Notes: a model not told the origin generated them from the sequence alone. A stretch of DNA of 64,000 bases from Heptranchias perlo (GCF_035084215.1 NC_090337.1:19592001-19656000), one strand, 5' to 3'. Numbered from the stretch's first letter, positions 37,726-52,934 are shown. Program-made: numbers and translations.

Positions 37726-38449
37726 ATAAACCCCTACAAGAGTGGCGAATTTGTGGGGGGTGGGTTAGGGGGTGATATGGTTACTGGCAGCTCTGACTGA
37801 CTCCTGCTAGCAATCCTGACCTGACTACTTTGAAAATGCAGGAGTGCTGTGACTCTGTCGCCTTTCCTACATTACAACAGTGACTACACTTCAAAAGTAC
37901 TTAATTGGTTGCAAAGTGTCCTGAGGTTGTGAAAGGCGCTGCATAAATGCAAATTCTTTCTTTCTTTTTGCAATTTGCCTGTGCACAAATTGTAAGTTGT
38001 GTCAGCTGCATTTGATTGTTGCAGTAAATGTATATTTTGAAACTGTAAAGCCGTATTCTTTTTCTGCTGTTGTCTAGTAATTTTATTAGAAATCAGAAGT
38101 TTTCTTATGGTTAAATATTTTACATGAGATGTTGTTGTAGGCCCTATAGAAACTTCACGAATTGGTTAAGAAATTGTTCAAACTGTACAGAGACAGGAAG
38201 GAGTTGAATTCTGTTTGGTCATTCCTTCTAGTTAATTTTTTCCTACAGTGCAATTTTGCATAAATTCATTTTTTCCAAGCAAATTAATATTTTATATTTG
38301 TTTGTGGCTTTTAAATTGGCTTTAAAATCTGCTTAACACAATCAGGTTATGGGCAACAGAGACACCTTTCTGCAGAATTAAGAAATGCAAACATCAGCCA
38401 AATAACGAAATGAAAATTCAGATCTGAAATCCGATTCCCGGCTGAGATC

Positions 38450-38600
38450 AACAACAACTTGCATTTATATAGCGCCTTTAACTTAGTATAAACGTCCCAA
38501 GGCACTTCACAGGAGCGATTATCAAACAAAATTTGACACCGAGCCATATAAAGAGATATTAGGACAGGCGACCAAGAGCTTGATCAAAGAGGTCGGATTG
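38450..38600 (-). mobile_element. L2 3' end
   Basis: CAACAACAACTTGCATTTATATAGCGCCTTTAAC tail. Confidence 0.8.
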
Positions 38601-38965
38601 AATAATCATTTGCTTATGTATCTAACTTATCACATCTTTTCGTACTCACTTGCATTATGTAGAATGGCTGATCCAAAAGGCTGAATCCCCAATCGGGTGT
38701 ACAGCGATACTCATAGCGGTCGCTGATTGGGAAATTGTAGTCCCGCAGCCCCTTATTTTTCACCCATTAATTTAAATAGGCTGAAATTCAGACCCAGTGG
38801 CCCCATGATTTCCTAATCAGCACTCCCTGCAAGTGCTTCTCTGCATCAAGGTGCCTTTATCTAGGAATCAAACCTGAAATATCAATTTTAAATATATAAT
38901 TCTGGGCCTAGCCGCAACTGTTTAACTATTGATCTCTTTTTTAATGCTCAGCACGCAACATAGAG

Positions 38966-39216
38966 TAGGGTTGCCAACTCTGGTTGGACTTATTCCTGGA
39001 GATTTCATCACATGATCTTCCGCCTCGAACAGCCCTGTATAGTAAACAGTCTTTTTTTTTTACCATTTCCACTATTTCTATAACTAATAAACAAAAATGT
39101 TCAAAGAATATGAAAAAAAATGCAATTTTTCTCCTGGGTTGCTCGCAGCAGTGTCCAGGAGGTTAATTTTCAATTCTTGGAGACTCCAGGGCAATCCTGG
39201 AGGGTTGGCAGCCCTA
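38966..39216. mobile_element. hAT-type MITE
   Basis: TIR TAGGGTTGCCAAC / GTTGGCAGCCCTA. Decayed 8-bp TSD ACATAGAG/ACGTGGAA (all differences are transitions). Confidence 0.8.
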
Positions 39217-39299
39217 ACGTGGAATCAGGCCACTGCCGAAATTCACCTCGAGACAGCACTGCAATTGAATTCCATCTACTTTTGCATAAGATGTGGGCA

Positions 39300-39565
39300 A
39301 GAGAACCATAGGGGGAGATGAGATGAATTTTTTTTACACAACGAGTTGTTCTGATCTGGAATGCACTGCCTGAAAGGTCGGCGAAAGCAGATTCAATACT
39401 AACTTTCGAAAGAGAATTGGATATGTATTTGAAAAGGAAAATTATGCAGGTCTATGGGGAAAGAGCGGAGGAGTGGAACTAAATGGATAGCTCTTTCAAA
39501 GAGCTGGCTTTGGCACAATGGGCCGAATGGCCTCCTTTTATGCTGTATGATGCTATGATTCTATG
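39300..39565 (+). mobile_element. CR1 3' fragment
   Basis: FFTQRVV..WNALPE-type sequence, 3' UTR and tail. Confidence 0.8.
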
Positions 39566-40211
39566 GTGTGTTTTTGCTGAGTGACTTTGGTTGATTTTGC
39601 TTAGAATGAAATCCCGAATTAATCATAAAATGAACTACACATTGATTGTTGAAAATTACGGAGATCTTGATCCAAACACAATCCTGTTTTCCTCATTTCT
39701 TGGCAGTCCAGTATGCTTTACTCAGCATTTTAACAATAAATTAAATCCCCCTGGCATGTGCAGCCATCAAATGTTCTTGCTGCACTTTGTGCATCGATGG
39801 GGTTAACTAACAAATGCAACTCAAGTGAAAGGCGGCATTGCATTCTAATGTTTTGGATAATTATAGCTTTCGTTGTGGTTTAGACTTGGCCAGGCACAGA
39901 GTGATCTGATACAGATGATTTGCACCTCCAGGCTGTAGATTGCACTTGGCACCAACTTCAAAGTAGAGCTGGTCTTTGTTTCTTTGCCAACGGTTCATTC
40001 TCACCCTCCTGAGTCAGTTTTGCACACCTGGTGCAATGTTCCGAGTGTGAGAGGTAAGCACGTAATATGTGAAAGGAAACTGCAGCCCAGTCGGATCATG
40101 AATCTGACTCCTGACAACATTCTGCCACAAAATATCGTAATAACTATACCAGCTGTATATTACTGACAGCTCTTGCCTGAATGGCAGCAGTAGATCATTA
40201 GTTAACATTTT

Positions 40212-40515
40212 ACATAGAATTACACAGAATCTACAGCACAGAAACAGGCCATTCAGCCCAACTGGTCCATGCCGGCATTTATGCTCCACATGAACCACCT
40301 CCCACCCCTCTTCATCTAACACTATCAGCTTATCCTTCTATTCCTTTCTCCCTCATTTGCTTCTCTGGCTTCCCATTAAATGCATCTATGCTATTCGCCT
40401 CAACTACTCCTTGTGGTAGCGAGTTCCGCATTCTTACCACTCTTTGGGTAAAGAAATTTCTCCTGAATTCCCTATTGGATTTATTGGTGACTATCTTATA
40501 TTTATGGCCCCTAGA
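40212..40515 (-). mobile_element. CR1 3' fragment
   Basis: Reverse complement of the family at 14875-15240 and 54912-55070. Confidence 0.85.
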
Positions 40516-43500
40516 TTTTAAAATGAACTGTACATTTGGATTCTTACTCCAACTTGTGAGAAGATAAGGCTTGCTTTCAGTTATTTTAGAGTTGCTTTGG
40601 AATTTTTCAGCTTTTATTTCAGAAAATATATTCCTCTCAGCTTCAATCCTCAGTTGGTGCAGAATTAGATGGACTCAGCTGGAGCTGTGATAGGAGCGTT
40701 TAAATTTTCAATATCCTTAGGTAAGGGACAAGAAAACTCAGTTAGGGTTTCTCCTCCTGATTATTTTCCAGATGGAACTCGGTTGGAGAGTGTGAATGTT
40801 GAGTAAGGACAGGATTGGGATTTGTGATGCCATCCACAGTTGAATAACCTGCTGACACTCACCGTCCAAATTCACACATGGGGGTAGAAATTTGTCATTA
40901 AGAATCATTAAAAAGAAAATTAACTCTAACATTGAAGGGAATCATCTTTCTTGATTCTGCAGCCACTGTTTCAACATAGTTTTAATTCATTTGGTATCTC
41001 TGAGAGATACTTAAATGTTTTATTCAAGAGGTTTGGAAGGGAAGAGTCAGCTCTATACTGCAGATCTTAATAAGGGAGAGCATTCTTATTGTAAAATTGT
41101 CTGCTCAGAACTACAGGTGGGAATCATGCCGTCACTGGTAATGCTACTGCTCATTTCTTTCTCACAGCAACATTGTTATTTTGCCAGAACTGACGCTTTT
41201 AGTGGAATTACCGCCAATCGTATTTTTCACATCGAATTATACCATCTAATTGGTTAGTGCACGATGACTAACATGCCAATTAAACCACTAATTAAGGGAC
41301 GAATCTGGCTGAAATAAAGCAAGCTGTCATTTTCTGCGTATGTGTCTAAACGTGCCCGGTTAAACAGTAGGATTAATAACTCCTATGATGTGAGACTAAT
41401 GCTTAGTCACAAATACTCTCCTATAATAGTCTCTTGAATATGAATCTGCAGTTTCTCAAATTCTCTGCATCTCTCTTGAGTTTTGAAATGTGGTTAACTT
41501 TTTGGGCCATTTTAGAAGTACCTTGTTGCCTTGCATTTATAGGGAATGTGACTTGTACGTCACTATAGTTTTGCTTGATCTTTAACAATATATTTGCCAC
41601 CAGTGCATAATAAGCCTCATTTATTAACAGTGATCAAATGGGTTATTTCCAGTTATGTTTATTTGGGATTTCACATGCTGTAATCAATTTAATACTTTAC
41701 CATTGGTAAATTAAATGCATATATATGTAAAACAATTATTATGATGATAAAAGAACTTTTACAAGTGTGCACAGGATGATTTGGCCAGTATCGTTCCAAC
41801 TTCAAGACTCTCAACAATTCTTACTGTCTCTGCTGATTTATCTAGGCTTTGTGATCCACTATTTACAAACATTAAGGTTGGGATGGTCTAGTTTTTAGTA
41901 TAGTACTAATATGAGGATTACCCAATCGCACTCAGGAAGCCTTTCGTTTGTTACATGAATTGTCATAACTAAGTTTTATAATTAACAAGAACAAATGAAA
42001 ATAACCAATCACTTGAATGCAAGAACTGTCAAAATTTCTCTGAAGTTGTGGAGACAACATCTAGCTAGTTATAACTCTGCACGTGCCTATTAAAGCAAAG
42101 ATATTTCAAAGGGATATGAAAGTATGAGAGATCTCGCACAACACCCCATTTGTGTAAATTGATATCACAATCTCGACCACTTTGATGTCCAGGATATCCA
42201 GAAATGTATGGATACAAATCTCTGAAGACTCCTTGGAAGGATGTGTATTTATAGAGGGATAATATCATGAGAGGTGGAAACAGAAAGTGGCATTAACAGT
42301 GGTGCTGGCAGATAAGGTGGAGCTGGAATGTATCAGTGATATTTATTCAACTGAGCTGCAAATTCTAATTTCTTTCGGGATCCAAATGAAAACCAAGTCA
42401 ATATATTTTTGCCATCCAGGGAAATACTAAAGCAGGGTGGGCTGATATTGTGGTTTAGTGCATATGGTTTAGAGGTGTTGTGTAGAACAGTGCCTTCCAT
42501 TAACAAACTTAATCTGTTCCTTCTGAATATAATGTGTGCCAGCAGGAGGCTTCTTGGATGTTCTGGAACGATTGTCCAATACAACAAACATAGCATTGCT
42601 CATTCAAATTGTAGTGCGCCTTCCCATTTGCTGGGTTCCCACTACATCTTTTAAACTGTACAAATACCCTCCTATCATCTGCCTCTTTGTGTGGAAATAA
42701 GTCCTTGGTTTGTGGAATTATTAGGGTTGATCTTTCGGTTTAAATCAAATTCAATTCTGAGGCAAGTGAGACTCAGCGAAACTGAAGTCCATTCTGGTAG
42801 TTACAGATGGATCAGCAACCTGGTTTGAATATTCTAACTATAGACTGTTGGAATAATGCTGTTTTTTTCTTCCTTTTCTTATTTTTTGAAGGCGAGGGAA
42901 ATAAGCAATATCATCCAGCTATTTTGGAGTATTCTTGTACATTTGAGTACTGGACATATGTATCTATCAGGATTGAACTGCTAATAATCTTAATTAAAAC
43001 AGCCTTTAAAAGATTGCTGCAATGAACTAGCATTTAAGAAATTACCCCTCCAGAATCACTGATAACGACATTCCTGGATCAACTGGGACACTTCTGCAAT
43101 GTGTTGTATAGTAGGTATCCAGATTGTTGCATTGGTGCTGGAGGCATATGGCATGCCTTCTCTGGGTGGGTTCAAACTGTAGCTCAGCTAATTACTGCTT
43201 CAAGTGTCTTTATCTTTCAATTCATCTTCCCCATTCTGTCACCGCATTACCGAAAATTTAAATCGTTATCTTAAACTTAACTTTTGTTGTGTGTTTTCTT
43301 TTTTCAGAAGTTTCCTTGTGATGGATGCCAGGCCTGAAGGGAGGACTGCAAGTGGGAGAGAGAAATCCCCAAAACTACATTTTAAACTCAAAGTAAGTTC
43401 CTCAAATGTTGCTGGAATTGATGAGGAAATAAAGCAACCCAAATCAGTTACAGTCACACACTAATCACTTCAAAAGATAACTGTCCTACATTTGTGCACT

Positions 43501-44129
43501 AGATCAGACTCATTTCCATGAAGTTTTCTGTTAGAATGCCCTTGTGTCCCTATCTCACTGAGGTATACTAACCCTTTGATATTAATGTTTTAATGGGCCT
43601 GATCTCCAATAAACTCCGTTTTATGAAACCCTTGCTTGTTTGAGTTGTGTTTTACTGTTATTTAAGTTTCAATGCAGAAATTTCAAGGTGCCCCCACTCA
43701 CAAATAAATAACATATAATTCTTGGCCCATTTATTTTAACTGAATTGCAGTGTTCTTGAATTACGTAGAAGAGCCAGTCCTTCTATGATACCCGCCTTCT
43801 CCCCCAAAGTAACTAAAATAATAACTTTGGGGAAGATTTCCTCTGTGTGCTAAGTGTAACTAGATCTGAAACCTGTTCCTTAAAAATGTGTTTATGGTTT
43901 TGTTCCCCATAACAGAGGAAATCCTCCCTCTGTTTAAGTACTGAAGGTCTGCAAATCTCTTTATTCCTTCTAATTTTTGTGTGTGTGCTGCGGAGGTGAA
44001 GTGTGGTCTTAATAAAGAAAAAAGATGTTTACTCTGAGGGCAACTATAGTGCAAGTAACTATTTACTTTTTCGACCCGTTCCAGGTAGATTTTTTGTGGT
44101 GGTGTGACAGAATGTTGCAGTGCAGGGTC

Positions 44130-44620
44130 ACAGAGGTGTAATCAGAAAAAAATAGACTCTGAGCCAAAGAAGGAGACATTAAAGAGGGGTGACCAAAAGC
44201 TTGGTCAAGGCAGTGGGTTTTAAGGAGGGAATTTTAGAGTGTGGAGCCCAGATAGCTGAAAGCACAGACACCAATGGTGGGGGAAATGCGCAAGAGGCTA
44301 AATTCAGAGGAATGAAGAGTTGTGTGGGAGGGTTGTAGGACTGGAGGAAGTTACAGAGGTAGGGAGGGGCAACTTCATGAAGGAAATTAAACACAAGGAT
44401 GAGAACTTTAAATTTGAAGCTTTGGATCAATGTAGGTCAGCAAGGACAGAGCTGATGTGTGAGTGGGAATTGATGCGGGATAGGATATGGGCTGCAGAGC
44501 TTTGGGTGAGCTGAAGTTTATGGTTGGGTGGAGAATAGGAGGCCAGCCATGACAGCATTGGAATAGTTGAATCTGGAGGTGACAAAAGCATGGATGAGGG
44601 TTTCAACTGCAGATGGGCTC
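44130..44620 (-). mobile_element. L2 fragment
   Basis: ETLIHAFVTSRFNYSNA and FKFKVLILVFNFLHEVAPPYL, both L2 C-terminal motifs. Confidence 0.85.
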
Positions 44621-45067
44621 AGGTTCTCTTTTGGCAGTCCCAGGTAGCTGTGCCTCGGTTGGTAAGCTCCTCTCAATGGATAATGGCACCGCAGACAGAC
44701 TGCCCATGGTGCAGATGAACCTCCCCAGCCTTCATTCATGCCCTTCTTCAGATTTCCAAAAGCTCAGGCATAGAAGACCACTGAATTCTCTAACCATTTT
44801 CACAATTTTGATTGCAGCAATCAGAAGTCAAACGGTTTGAACAGCTTTCTTAAAGGTCAGAATGTGACTGATCTTTCATACCAATTTTATGTGGGCAGGC
44901 AAAGTGCACAGTGGGTGTCACTTGGGAAATTGCATTTACATCAAATCATATAAAGCTCTCGCTGGGAGGCCAGTGAAATGGGATCCTGGGCAATTTCCTG
45001 GCCCCGGCATGTCCCAACCACGTCAACATGAACTATCCCGCTGGGTGGAAAATCATTTTTTATTTTA

Positions 45068-45318
45068 AGAATATAAGAACATAAGAACAAAAGAACATAA
45101 GAAATAGGAGCAGGAGTAGGCCATACGGCCCCTCGAGCCTGCTGCGCCATTCAATAAGATCATGGCTGATCTTCGACTTCAACTCCACTTTCCCGCCCTA
45201 TCCCCACATCCCTTGATTCCCTTAGATTCTAAAAATCTATTGATCTAAATCTTGAATATACTCAACGACTGAGCATCCACAGCCCTCTGGGGTAGAGAAT
45301 TCCAAATATTCACAACCC
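45068..45318 (-). mobile_element. CR1 3' end with (ACATAAGA)n tail
   Basis: Same 3' end as 63606-64000. Confidence 0.88.
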
Positions 45319-46289
45319 TAAGAAATCATTAAGAGTTGTAATTTCTGTGGGTGATAATAGCAAGTGAAGGCTTAATGTGTTCATATGACATTCCTGTTTG
45401 CTATTTTAGCAGAGCCACAGTGTGGCCTGCATTTGAGAACATATGTGCGGGTCCCCCCTACCACTGTATAGGTCATTGTGTTTGGAACTCCAACACAACA
45501 TGCTGCACCACTAAAATGGACCACTAGCTTAATCCATTAGGCTTTACTCGCCTATAAATATTGAAAAAAGACCATCAGGAATATGACAAATGTTTAATAT
45601 CAAATTTCTGTGTTTATTGTGAGGGGCAGTGAGTTGATGAACACACATCCATTCATTCTATCAGTTCACAAGAATCCTTGGCTTGTTCCACATTTATTTA
45701 ATCTGATACCAGTTATTAACATTGTGATAAACATCACTGAAGAATGGAAAGGACATTCAATATTGTTAGGTTTATTTGTAAATAGTTGAGTTGGGATGAA
45801 CATGTTGAAGCACTGAAACTCATTTCAGTCCATGTCTGTACAATGAATAATAAATAGGCCACTGAGGGATGTTCTGCAATGTTTGCCCAAGAAACTGCAA
45901 AAATACAAATGATCAAGTTAAGTTATTTGAACAGGTATTTTCTTTCAAACTCAGTGTGCTTTCATTGGAGTTGCCTAAAATGACACCTTCCTTTAAAAAA
46001 TAAAAACAGATATAATGGTATTTAAAATGACTATGAGACAGGAGTTGGTGTGTGTTCAGGCTGTGGTAGATCTGTGTGTGTGGCCTGTCTGTGGTAGATG
46101 TGTCCATATGTGTGTCCTGTGACTGTGGTCAGTCTGTGTGCGTCCACACTGTTATTGTGGTAGATGTGCATGTGTGTGTGTCTCTATACTGTCACGGTAG
46201 GACTGTGTGTGGGTGATCTGACTGTGGTGAGTGATCCACCTGTGACAAATGCAAGGGTGAATGCTTAACCAATACATGGGTCCTTGCTG

Positions 46290-47385
46290 CGGTCAAAGTG
46301 AGAGTGCATGCACTGATTGTGATCAATGTTTGGATTTATGCACCAATTGTGACCTATGTTGAATTATGTGCCCTAAATGTGATGGATGCCGAGCTGCATG
46401 CCCCGAATGTTGGGATAAATGTACTGAGTGTGATCCATTTTGGGGCATTCACTGACTGTAATAATCTTGAAGTGTTCCCCGGCTGTAATCTACCTTAGTA
46501 TGGTTACCCTGACAGTGATCGATTTTGGGTGTATGACCTGAAACGGATCAGTGTGGGGGTGCATATATTGACTGTAATTGATGTTGGAGTGTGCGCACCA
46601 ATTGTGATCAATGTTAGAATGCATATACCAACTGTGATTAGCATTGGGATATGTGTATTAACTGTGATTGATTTTGGGGTATACATTTACTGTGATCACT
46701 GTTAGGGTGCATATACTAACTGCGCTCAATGCTGGTGTATGTGCACTGACTGTGATCAGTGTTGGGGTGTGCATGCTGACTGTGATCGATGTTAGGTTCA
46801 AGCATTATTATTGGTGTTGGGTTCTTCTCTGATCAGTATTGGGTGTATACACTGTGATCAATGTTGGGTGTATACACTGTGATCAATGTTGGGTGTATAC
46901 ACTGTGATCAATGTTGGGTGTATACACTGTGATCAATGTTGGGCGTATACACTGTGATCAATGTTGGGCGTATACACTTTGATCAATGTTGGGCGTATAC
47001 ACTTTGACTAGTGTTGAGTATATGCATTATGATTGGTGTTGGATAAAGGCACTATGATTGGTGTAGCGTGTACGCATTATAATAGTTGTTAGGTGTATGC
47101 CATATGATTGAGTATATGCACTTTGATGATTGTTGGGTGTATACACTATGATTGGTGTTGGGTGCATGCACTGTTATTGGCATTGGCTGTAATCACTATG
47201 ATTGCTTTTGGATGTATGCATTACAATCAGTGTTGGGTTTATGCACTATGACTGATGTTTGGTTTATACACTATGATCAGTATTGGGTGTAAGAACTATG
47301 ATTAGTGTTGGGTGTATGCACTATGATCAGTGTTGGGGTGCATGCATTGACTGTGATAATCTTTAGGTGTGCTTTGACTGTGCTT
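46290..47385. repeat. Minisatellite with 30-bp degenerate units and a homogeneous 25-bp core
   Basis: GGGTGTATACACTGTGATCAATGTT repeated about 6.5 times from 46841, with diverged relatives on both flanks. Confidence 0.9.
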
Positions 47386-47658
47386 TCTTTCCTTTTTAAT
47401 CACAGTGTGCTTTACACAAAAATAATATAAAGTTCACACTATTATTCAATTATACTATTAAAAATCAAGAAAAGTGAATACGAGACAATAACATCATAAT
47501 TAGTCTGTATATATATTTATATATAGATATATCATAGGTCAATAATACACATCAGTAGAAAATATTTAAAAGCCTTCAATTCCTCCTGATTACTTTTCAT
47601 CAGGTTTTGAACAAACAGCCACCATTGAAATTACATTGCACAGATTCTGTTCAAATTA

Positions 47659-47903
47659 GGGGAGATTTTCCTGAGTTTGCACCAACTGCACTGGATCGCC
47701 TGGGTACACCGAATGGCACAAAATCGGTTGGATTGAAGCATATGCCTGGGAAGGAAACTGCCTGAGCTTCCTCCATTTAAATAAGTAAAGGCAAATCAGG
47801 TGGGGTCCATTGCAGGTGTGCACTCTGTTCTGCCCGATTGTGAAATATTGCTTGTGGCCCAGGCGATCCACTGCATTTGGGCGCAGACCAGGAAAATCTT
47901 TCC
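47659..47903. mobile_element. Hairpin MITE
   Basis: Imperfect ~45-bp TIRs GGGGAGATTTTCCTG..GGATCGCCTGGG / CCCAGGCGATCC..CAGGAAAATCTTTCC. Confidence 0.8.
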
Positions 47904-48877
47904 TACATTGTTTAGTTGAGTCATATACTAAAAAAAAAACCTAATCCCGAATGTTTCGGTACATTTTGGTATTATAAGACTTTGATCCCTAATGCTTTGA
48001 GCATTGAAAAATTTTCCTTTTAAAACTCCTTATGGATTACTGCAGCTCACACGGGGTCTGTGGACCGGAGAGGGGCAGGGCTGTAGTAGACAATGACAAT
48101 ACAGACCACCAAACTCTACTGGTGTTTGCATAGGAAAGCAAGTGGTACTCCCTTTAAGAGAGGTCTGTAGAGCAGAATATAACCCCGCTGAAATTTATCC
48201 ATAACTAGAGATGCAAATTCCTGCATTTTCCTGCAGGTTGAGTGACTATTGAAAGTTATCTTTCCTTGTTTCAGAAACAGGATAGAAAAGTGCTCGTAGA
48301 ACTAAATATTTAAAACAGGCAGAGAAGATTCCCTCAGTGCTCTATGTGCAACAGAATTGTAAATCTGTTGATAAAGAACAGGTTTATGATTGTGTTACAC
48401 ATAGTGCACAGAGGAGATACAGTGGTCCAGAATAAAACTGCCCTCTGACATACACGGCCTCCCGTGCCTGCCTATGATTGATTGCAATTTCTTGAAAGCT
48501 GACAATAAAACTAATTATATTAAAATCCATTCACATAACAGCACAGCTGTTTCATTATTATTGTTATAGCAATATTACTTTTAAATATTATTTCATTACA
48601 GTGCTTCTATAAGGCAGCTAAGACTTGGTCGCTGCCACGTTGATCTGCATGGTAATTGGTTCAGCCTCTGTCATGTGACATGTTGGCTCCAGTCACAGTG
48701 AACCATGGTCTCCTCAAGGCAACTGAGTCATTGAGCTGAATGAATCGAAGGCCCAGGTGGGCAGACCGATGTGGGTGTCAAAGGTCACAACAGTCATCTA
48801 GGAAATGACCCTTTGAGGGTGCCTGTAACGGTCAGAGGTCAAAACCTTGGGGGAAGCATGCTTCACAGAGGACTTTG

Positions 48878-49174
<297 letters not shown>

Positions 49175-50819
49175 TTAATGACAGATTTTTTTTCCTTTTT
49201 GATCATTTTTCACGTGACATCAGCATTCAGATCAATAATATATAAGGTTCAGCATAATTGGGCCAGCAAAATGCGCAGTTATTGCTTATTCATCAGATAG
49301 TTGCCACAAAACAAAACCATTTGGAATTAACTGAATTGAGCTTGAATGTTTCCCCTCTGCTCAATAAGACTCCCTTTACTGCATTTCCTGCAACTGTCTG
49401 GAGTTCCTGTTTATTCAGGAGGGTAAATTTTTCACTTAATCAACAAACCCTAGCATGCTGAAAACCTGGTAAATGTTTATTAATGCCAGTATATTAAAGA
49501 ATTCATTTAACAAAGGTTTTGAATGTATTTTGATCCCTTTCCCCCCACCCTCACAGCAAACTGTTGTGATAAAGGTTGGAGTGTTTTGCCACTGACCTGG
49601 TCCACTGTTTTATTACCATTTCCCTGAAAAGAGGGCACAATGATAAAGACCCTGGTCTCTCAGTGACAGGAGAGCATGCCAAGGGGAGGGTCAAATAAGG
49701 GCTAAATACATGCAGGACATCATGTCAAACACATGCCAAATACAAGTAATTATCATGATAAGCAGCCATAAAACATGTCAAATATGATAAGCAGGAGTCA
49801 AACACAAGCACATAGAAGCTCATAATAAATGCATGTGCTGGACGCATGCAGATTGTCATGCTAAATGCATGTCAAACCAGTTCTATTTCATGTGTAGAAA
49901 GTCATGAAAAAATGCATCCCCAAAACTGTGCACTGCAGCTTGGGGAGTTTTGACGGATATCTCCTGCTGTTGTCTGGAAGAACCTAATGGTGTAAAAGTT
50001 CAAGTCAGATGTTACCTTCACCGATACTGACAGCCTTGCCTGTAGTCAAAATGGTTTGCCTAAATGTGTACAGATCTGTGATGGCCTCCTAAGGAATTCA
50101 CAGCCTCCAGATGCAGGAGTCTTTAGACACATTCTGATGTGATTGGCTGGCTCGTACGCATTGGCATCAACATAAGAGCAAGTCCTAATTGAGCATCAAA
50201 GGTGCATTCATACCTGTCCGGAATGGCTCTTCTGATCCTCTTCCCCCTGCTCCAAAAATCTACAAATATAGAGGGATGCCCAGAGAGGTCCCATACATGT
50301 AGCACATAATGAAATATCCCTGGGGAAACAGGCAGGGCTACAGAAGGAGTGCGGCTTTAAAAAGCCAACAGTACGTTTGTGGCAAAAATGTCTAAGCAGC
50401 AAAGAAGCACTAAAATAAATGGAAAAAATACACCACACTTGCTCACCGCAAGTCCAAACAAATCAGGTTACTCTAAGAACAAAGACCTAACATGAGAGGT
50501 GTCCCCTGCCTCTTGCAGCACCTGTCTTACATGGGCTCTGAGCAACTGAGTTTCTGCTTATCTGCATTGTCGGCCCTAGCCCTAATTTACATATTTTTCG
50601 GCCTGCAATGAACCCAGCTCATGACAGGTGTGCAGGCTTTTAGTGCCACAGGTGCCTCCTGGTCAGATTATAGTGCACCTCACGCATGGTGCACTCAGCA
50701 CCCGATAACACGAGAAGGAGGCACCTGGTGCACAGCATATGCTGAAGTTCGTATTATTGACCTCAATAAAGCAATATTATTCATTGCAGATGAGGAACCG
50801 TGTCAAACACTTTTTGAAA

Positions 50820-50994
50820 GGGGGTAATTTTCATCTTCATCGCCTGGGTGGTAATGTGGTGGAGCAGATCGCCCCGCCTGTTATAGGACTCATCGCATTA
50901 AATTCAATGGAAACGAAAATAGTCGGTGTCAATAATGGGTGGCTGATCCACCACACCAGTTTCATGCCTGCGTGGCAAGTTGAAAATCTATCCC
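50820..50994. mobile_element. Small hairpin MITE
   Basis: GGGGGTAATTTTCA / TGAAAATCTATCCC ends with AAA on both flanks and internal symmetry. Confidence 0.65.
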
Positions 50995-51494
50995 AAAATC
51001 TCTACTGAGAGTCACAGTTTTGAACATTTCTTGCCATTGCTGTCTATTTTAATGAAGTAACAAATTGTCCAAACTGTTCGTTCGCTGAAGAAGATGGCAT
51101 ATTGGTTGTATCCTTTCCCATTGAGAGCTAATGAGATTTCAACCTATGTTTTGCAATTGCAGGAAGTATGAGGGGAATATTCATCATCTTATCAACTTGC
51201 TTCTATGGTTCATTTTAAAGGAATGAAGAAAAATTGAGATTTTCTTCTCTTAACTCTGGCTTTTGGCAAGCAACAGTGCATCATATCAGTAGGTGTGCTA
51301 TGGTAGTTTGGTTTTGAATTCAAATTACATTTTAGATTGGTACAACTTTAACTTCTCAGATTACTTCATATTTTGTTTTGTTTCTTTTTCATAACTGATT
51401 GTAAAATGCAGCCAGAGCAGCAGTAGAATTTTAAGGGCCTTCAGATCTTAGGGGGCTTCCTTAGCCAAGTAGTTCATCAGTACCTGAAACTACC

Positions 51495-51980
51495 TCTTCC
51501 CACACATCACTTCTTTAACCAACTTGTTCTCCCTTCTCACTTCCTTCTCTTGTTTCTCTCTGCTGTTCACTCCCTTTTCTGATTGTCGTCAATCCTCAAT
51601 GCCTTACCCAACGTCTCTTCATTTCTCATTCCCTTTGATAGCTTCTCTCCTGTGTTCAGTCTCTTCATTAGCTACTCACTCAGTTTTCTGGCTTCTTTAT
51701 ATTTCTCCCTTCCCTTTCCAGCTTCTCACTGCTTCTCAACCCCTTTCCCAACTTCTCTCTGCATTTTATTCTGTTTCTTGCTTTCTAGACATTTTTTGCT
51801 CTAAATCTTAACTTTTGACTCTTTCTCACTCTGCTCCCTTGTGTTCCTCACTTCTCAATCTCTGTCCCAGTCTCTCTGTTGCCAGCTTATCCTTGTGGCT
51901 TGCTCTCCTTCCTTGCTTTTTGTTCTCTCTCCTGGTTTCTTCCATACTCTCCCAGTTGCACTCTCTCTCCAATTCTCACT
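51495..51980. repeat. CT-rich low-complexity tract
   Basis: Strong pyrimidine bias with no stable repeat unit. Confidence 0.7.
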
Positions 51981-52934
51981 AAGTCTTCAGATGATGGAGA
52001 GTTTCATTCTCATTTTGGGTGGCAATATTTATTCATGCTCCCTTAAACAGGTGAAATTGTTCCAGAGAATTTTGGTGGAATATTCCAATATGGAGCTTAA
52101 CATCTGAGGAAATTTAATATTTATTTTAAAATTGTGATCTACAGCTTATGAGCTCTGAAACTTGTATGTTTATAATGACCCTGCAGGCATACTGTAAATT
52201 TCAGCATATTTTGTACAGCAATATTATAAACAATTTGGTCATTTACTTGTTTTTTTCCACAAAAGAGTCTGTGCAATGTTTACAGAGCACACATGTAGAT
52301 GACAGAAAGCAGCTGTTATGGAGATTCCCCTATGGACTACATCTGGGGACCACACCAGAGAGGATAGAAGTTGAGAGACAGTGCAGGATATGTGCATAAA
52401 CCGACCATAGTCGATGAGCTACGCTTTCATTAAGTACTATAGAACAGAACAATATATCACATTAAAGGATACAGAAACAGCATTATAAGAGGAAAAAAAG
52501 AAAACCAATTTCGATATCTGTGACATATTTTGAATGCTCATGTTAACTGCCTTAAGACTGCTCAACAAAGGTCAAAGGCCAGACTAAATGAATCCTGGTG
52601 AAAACTAGCTACAAAAATGACCATTAAACATGTTGAAAATCACGAAGCAGAGGTTATGTTATCACACAAATTCCAAATTTGTATCACATATCAAAACCTT
52701 TAGGGCTTTTAAAATGATGGATTATTTTGCATATGAGGGATGACTGCAGTAAACAATAAAACTGTAGAATATGACTTTCCACCGCTTGCTGTTGTGATTT
52801 AACCCCTCAAGTGCCACAGACAAGTTTTCTCATTCTGATTGAGAGCTATCTGTGAAAGCGGTTGGTGGGTTTACCTGTTTAGCGGCTCTCAAATTTGACT
52901 TAGCCAGGAAAAATCATGTAATTTTATGACCAAA

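Noticed and set aside
46841-47010. CRISPR-like array of 25-bp repeats
   Set aside because: The repeats are head-to-tail with no unique spacers and no cas genes, in a vertebrate context.
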